Part shown: positions 63,429 through 64,000 of the stretch, one piece after another | How positions within the stretch are numbered: the first letter of the stretch is position 1 | How the letters are laid out: each line of letters starts with the position of its first letter | Source of the DNA: Candidatus Cloacimonadota bacterium | GTDB lineage: Bacteria > Cloacimonadota > Cloacimonadia > Cloacimonadales > Cloacimonadaceae | Direction of reading: 5' to 3' | DNA length: 64,000 nucleotides | Assembly: GCA_020532085.1 (NCBI GenBank) | Contig: JAJBAV010000013.1 | Coordinates: 5,565 to 69,564 of the forward strand | Made by a program: the position numbers and the translations under genes | The notes under the pieces: model-generated | What the model was told of the DNA's origin: nothing | What the model saw: the letters and a program-made list of their open reading frames with translations, nothing else | The model's database searches: none

Positions 63429-64000
63429 ATGGCTCATTTACTGGAAAACGTGATAATATCCAATTTCAAATCCGTAGAAATAGTTGAGATATCACTGCAA
63501 AGCTACAATGTTATGGTTGGTTATAACAATGCAGGAAAATCAAATATTCTCAAAGCTGTTAGCTGGCTCTTTAAAAAGAGCACTCTTGGCCCTGAGTGTT
63601 TCAAAGACATAACTAAACCAGTATCGGTCGAGGGTATCATCACTGGAGTCGATGAACCAATTATTTCTAGACTCCCACAAAACCAAGCAACAGCTATGCA
63701 ACCTTATATAAAAGGCTGCAAGTTGATAATCCGCAGAATTCAAAATACTCCTAACACAAGTTCAAAACTTCAAGTCTTGTTTGAAAACTCTGCTGATGGA
63801 TCTTCAGAATGGAGAGACTCCCCAACGGGCATAGAAGCCGGTATATCTCTTCTATTCCCAGAACCAATCTTTATTAATGCTATGGAAGACGCTGCAGAAG
63901 ACTCAAGTAAGTATAAAACCAGTACTACAATAGGAAAACTGCTTTCCACGATTTTCAATAACATTCAAGCTGAACATAATGAAACCATTACACAGGCTTT
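63429..64000 (+). CDS. AAA_15/OLD-family-type ABC-like ATPase, N-terminal part (3' end outside window)
   Basis: AAGGAGGA RBS. My own translation stays open to the window end: MAHLLENVIISNFKSVEIVEISLQSYNVMVGYNNAGKSNILKAV... This has the Walker A of RecF/SMC-like AAA_15 ATPases. Not in the ORF track because no stop is reached. Confidence 0.65.
   Translation, partial: MAHLLENVIISNFKSVEIVEISLQSYNVMVGYNNAGKSNILKAVSWLFKKSTLGPECFKDITKPVSVEGIITGVDEPIISRLPQNQATAMQPYIKGCKLIIRRIQNTPNTSSKLQVLFENSADGSSEWRDSPTGIEAGISLLFPEPIFINAMEDAAEDSSKYKTSTTIGKLLSTIFNNIQAEHNETITQA

Larger units (their letters stand above)
47066..64000. mobile_element. Putative integrated mobile/accessory region (boundaries and integrase not visible in the window)
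   Basis: Primase-like and DUF3987 replication genes, an ori-like palindrome, AT-richer cargo with defence-type NTPases, duplicated element-specific paralogs, and dense repeat modules at the left edge. Confidence 0.45.

Overview
The window is a 64 kb piece of a high-GC Gram-negative chromosome. The evidence for that is lpxB, an LpxL/HtrB-type acyltransferase, beta-barrel OMP candidates and several proteins with type IX secretion (T9SS) C-terminal sorting domains, which points to an FCB-group/Cloacimonadota-like lineage (inference only, no search was possible). Roughly 1-47 kb is core genome: uvrC (partial), a TetR regulator, htpG, trxA, a lipid A acyltransferase, nadE, ribD, a cupin, an M42 peptidase, rsmA, tadA, tRNA-Ser(CGA), an ECF-type transporter module, an NFACT/RqcH-like gene, recO, lpxB and DUF374. 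This part also holds a 1817-aa Ser/Thr-kinase/ATPase/TPR/GAF/histidine-kinase protein followed by TPR and OMP genes. It also contains a lower-GC array of three FG-GAP/T9SS paralogs carrying a segmental duplication that copied the 3' end of the M42 peptidase gene. Modular palindromic (MITE/REP-like) repeats occur across the window. The main family has TGTCATTCCGGGG terminal inverted repeats. It occurs in intergenic regions, in tandem arrays, and twice in frame inside coding sequences. Roughly 47-64 kb looks accessory or mobile. It contains a primase-like (VirE_N/PriCT) plus DUF3987 replication module, a ~340 bp AT-cored palindrome with iteron-like repeats, and a clearly AT-richer cargo block. 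The cargo block carries lipoproteins, an RDD protein, a Sel1 protein, a KAP-family NTPase with a DUF3800-like gene and a broken GIY-YIG-like gene. An OLD/AAA_15-type ATPase is truncated by the window end. The best candidate for an undescribed system is the KAP NTPase/DUF3800-like cassette. All functional calls rest on motifs read by eye from the translations; no database search was run.
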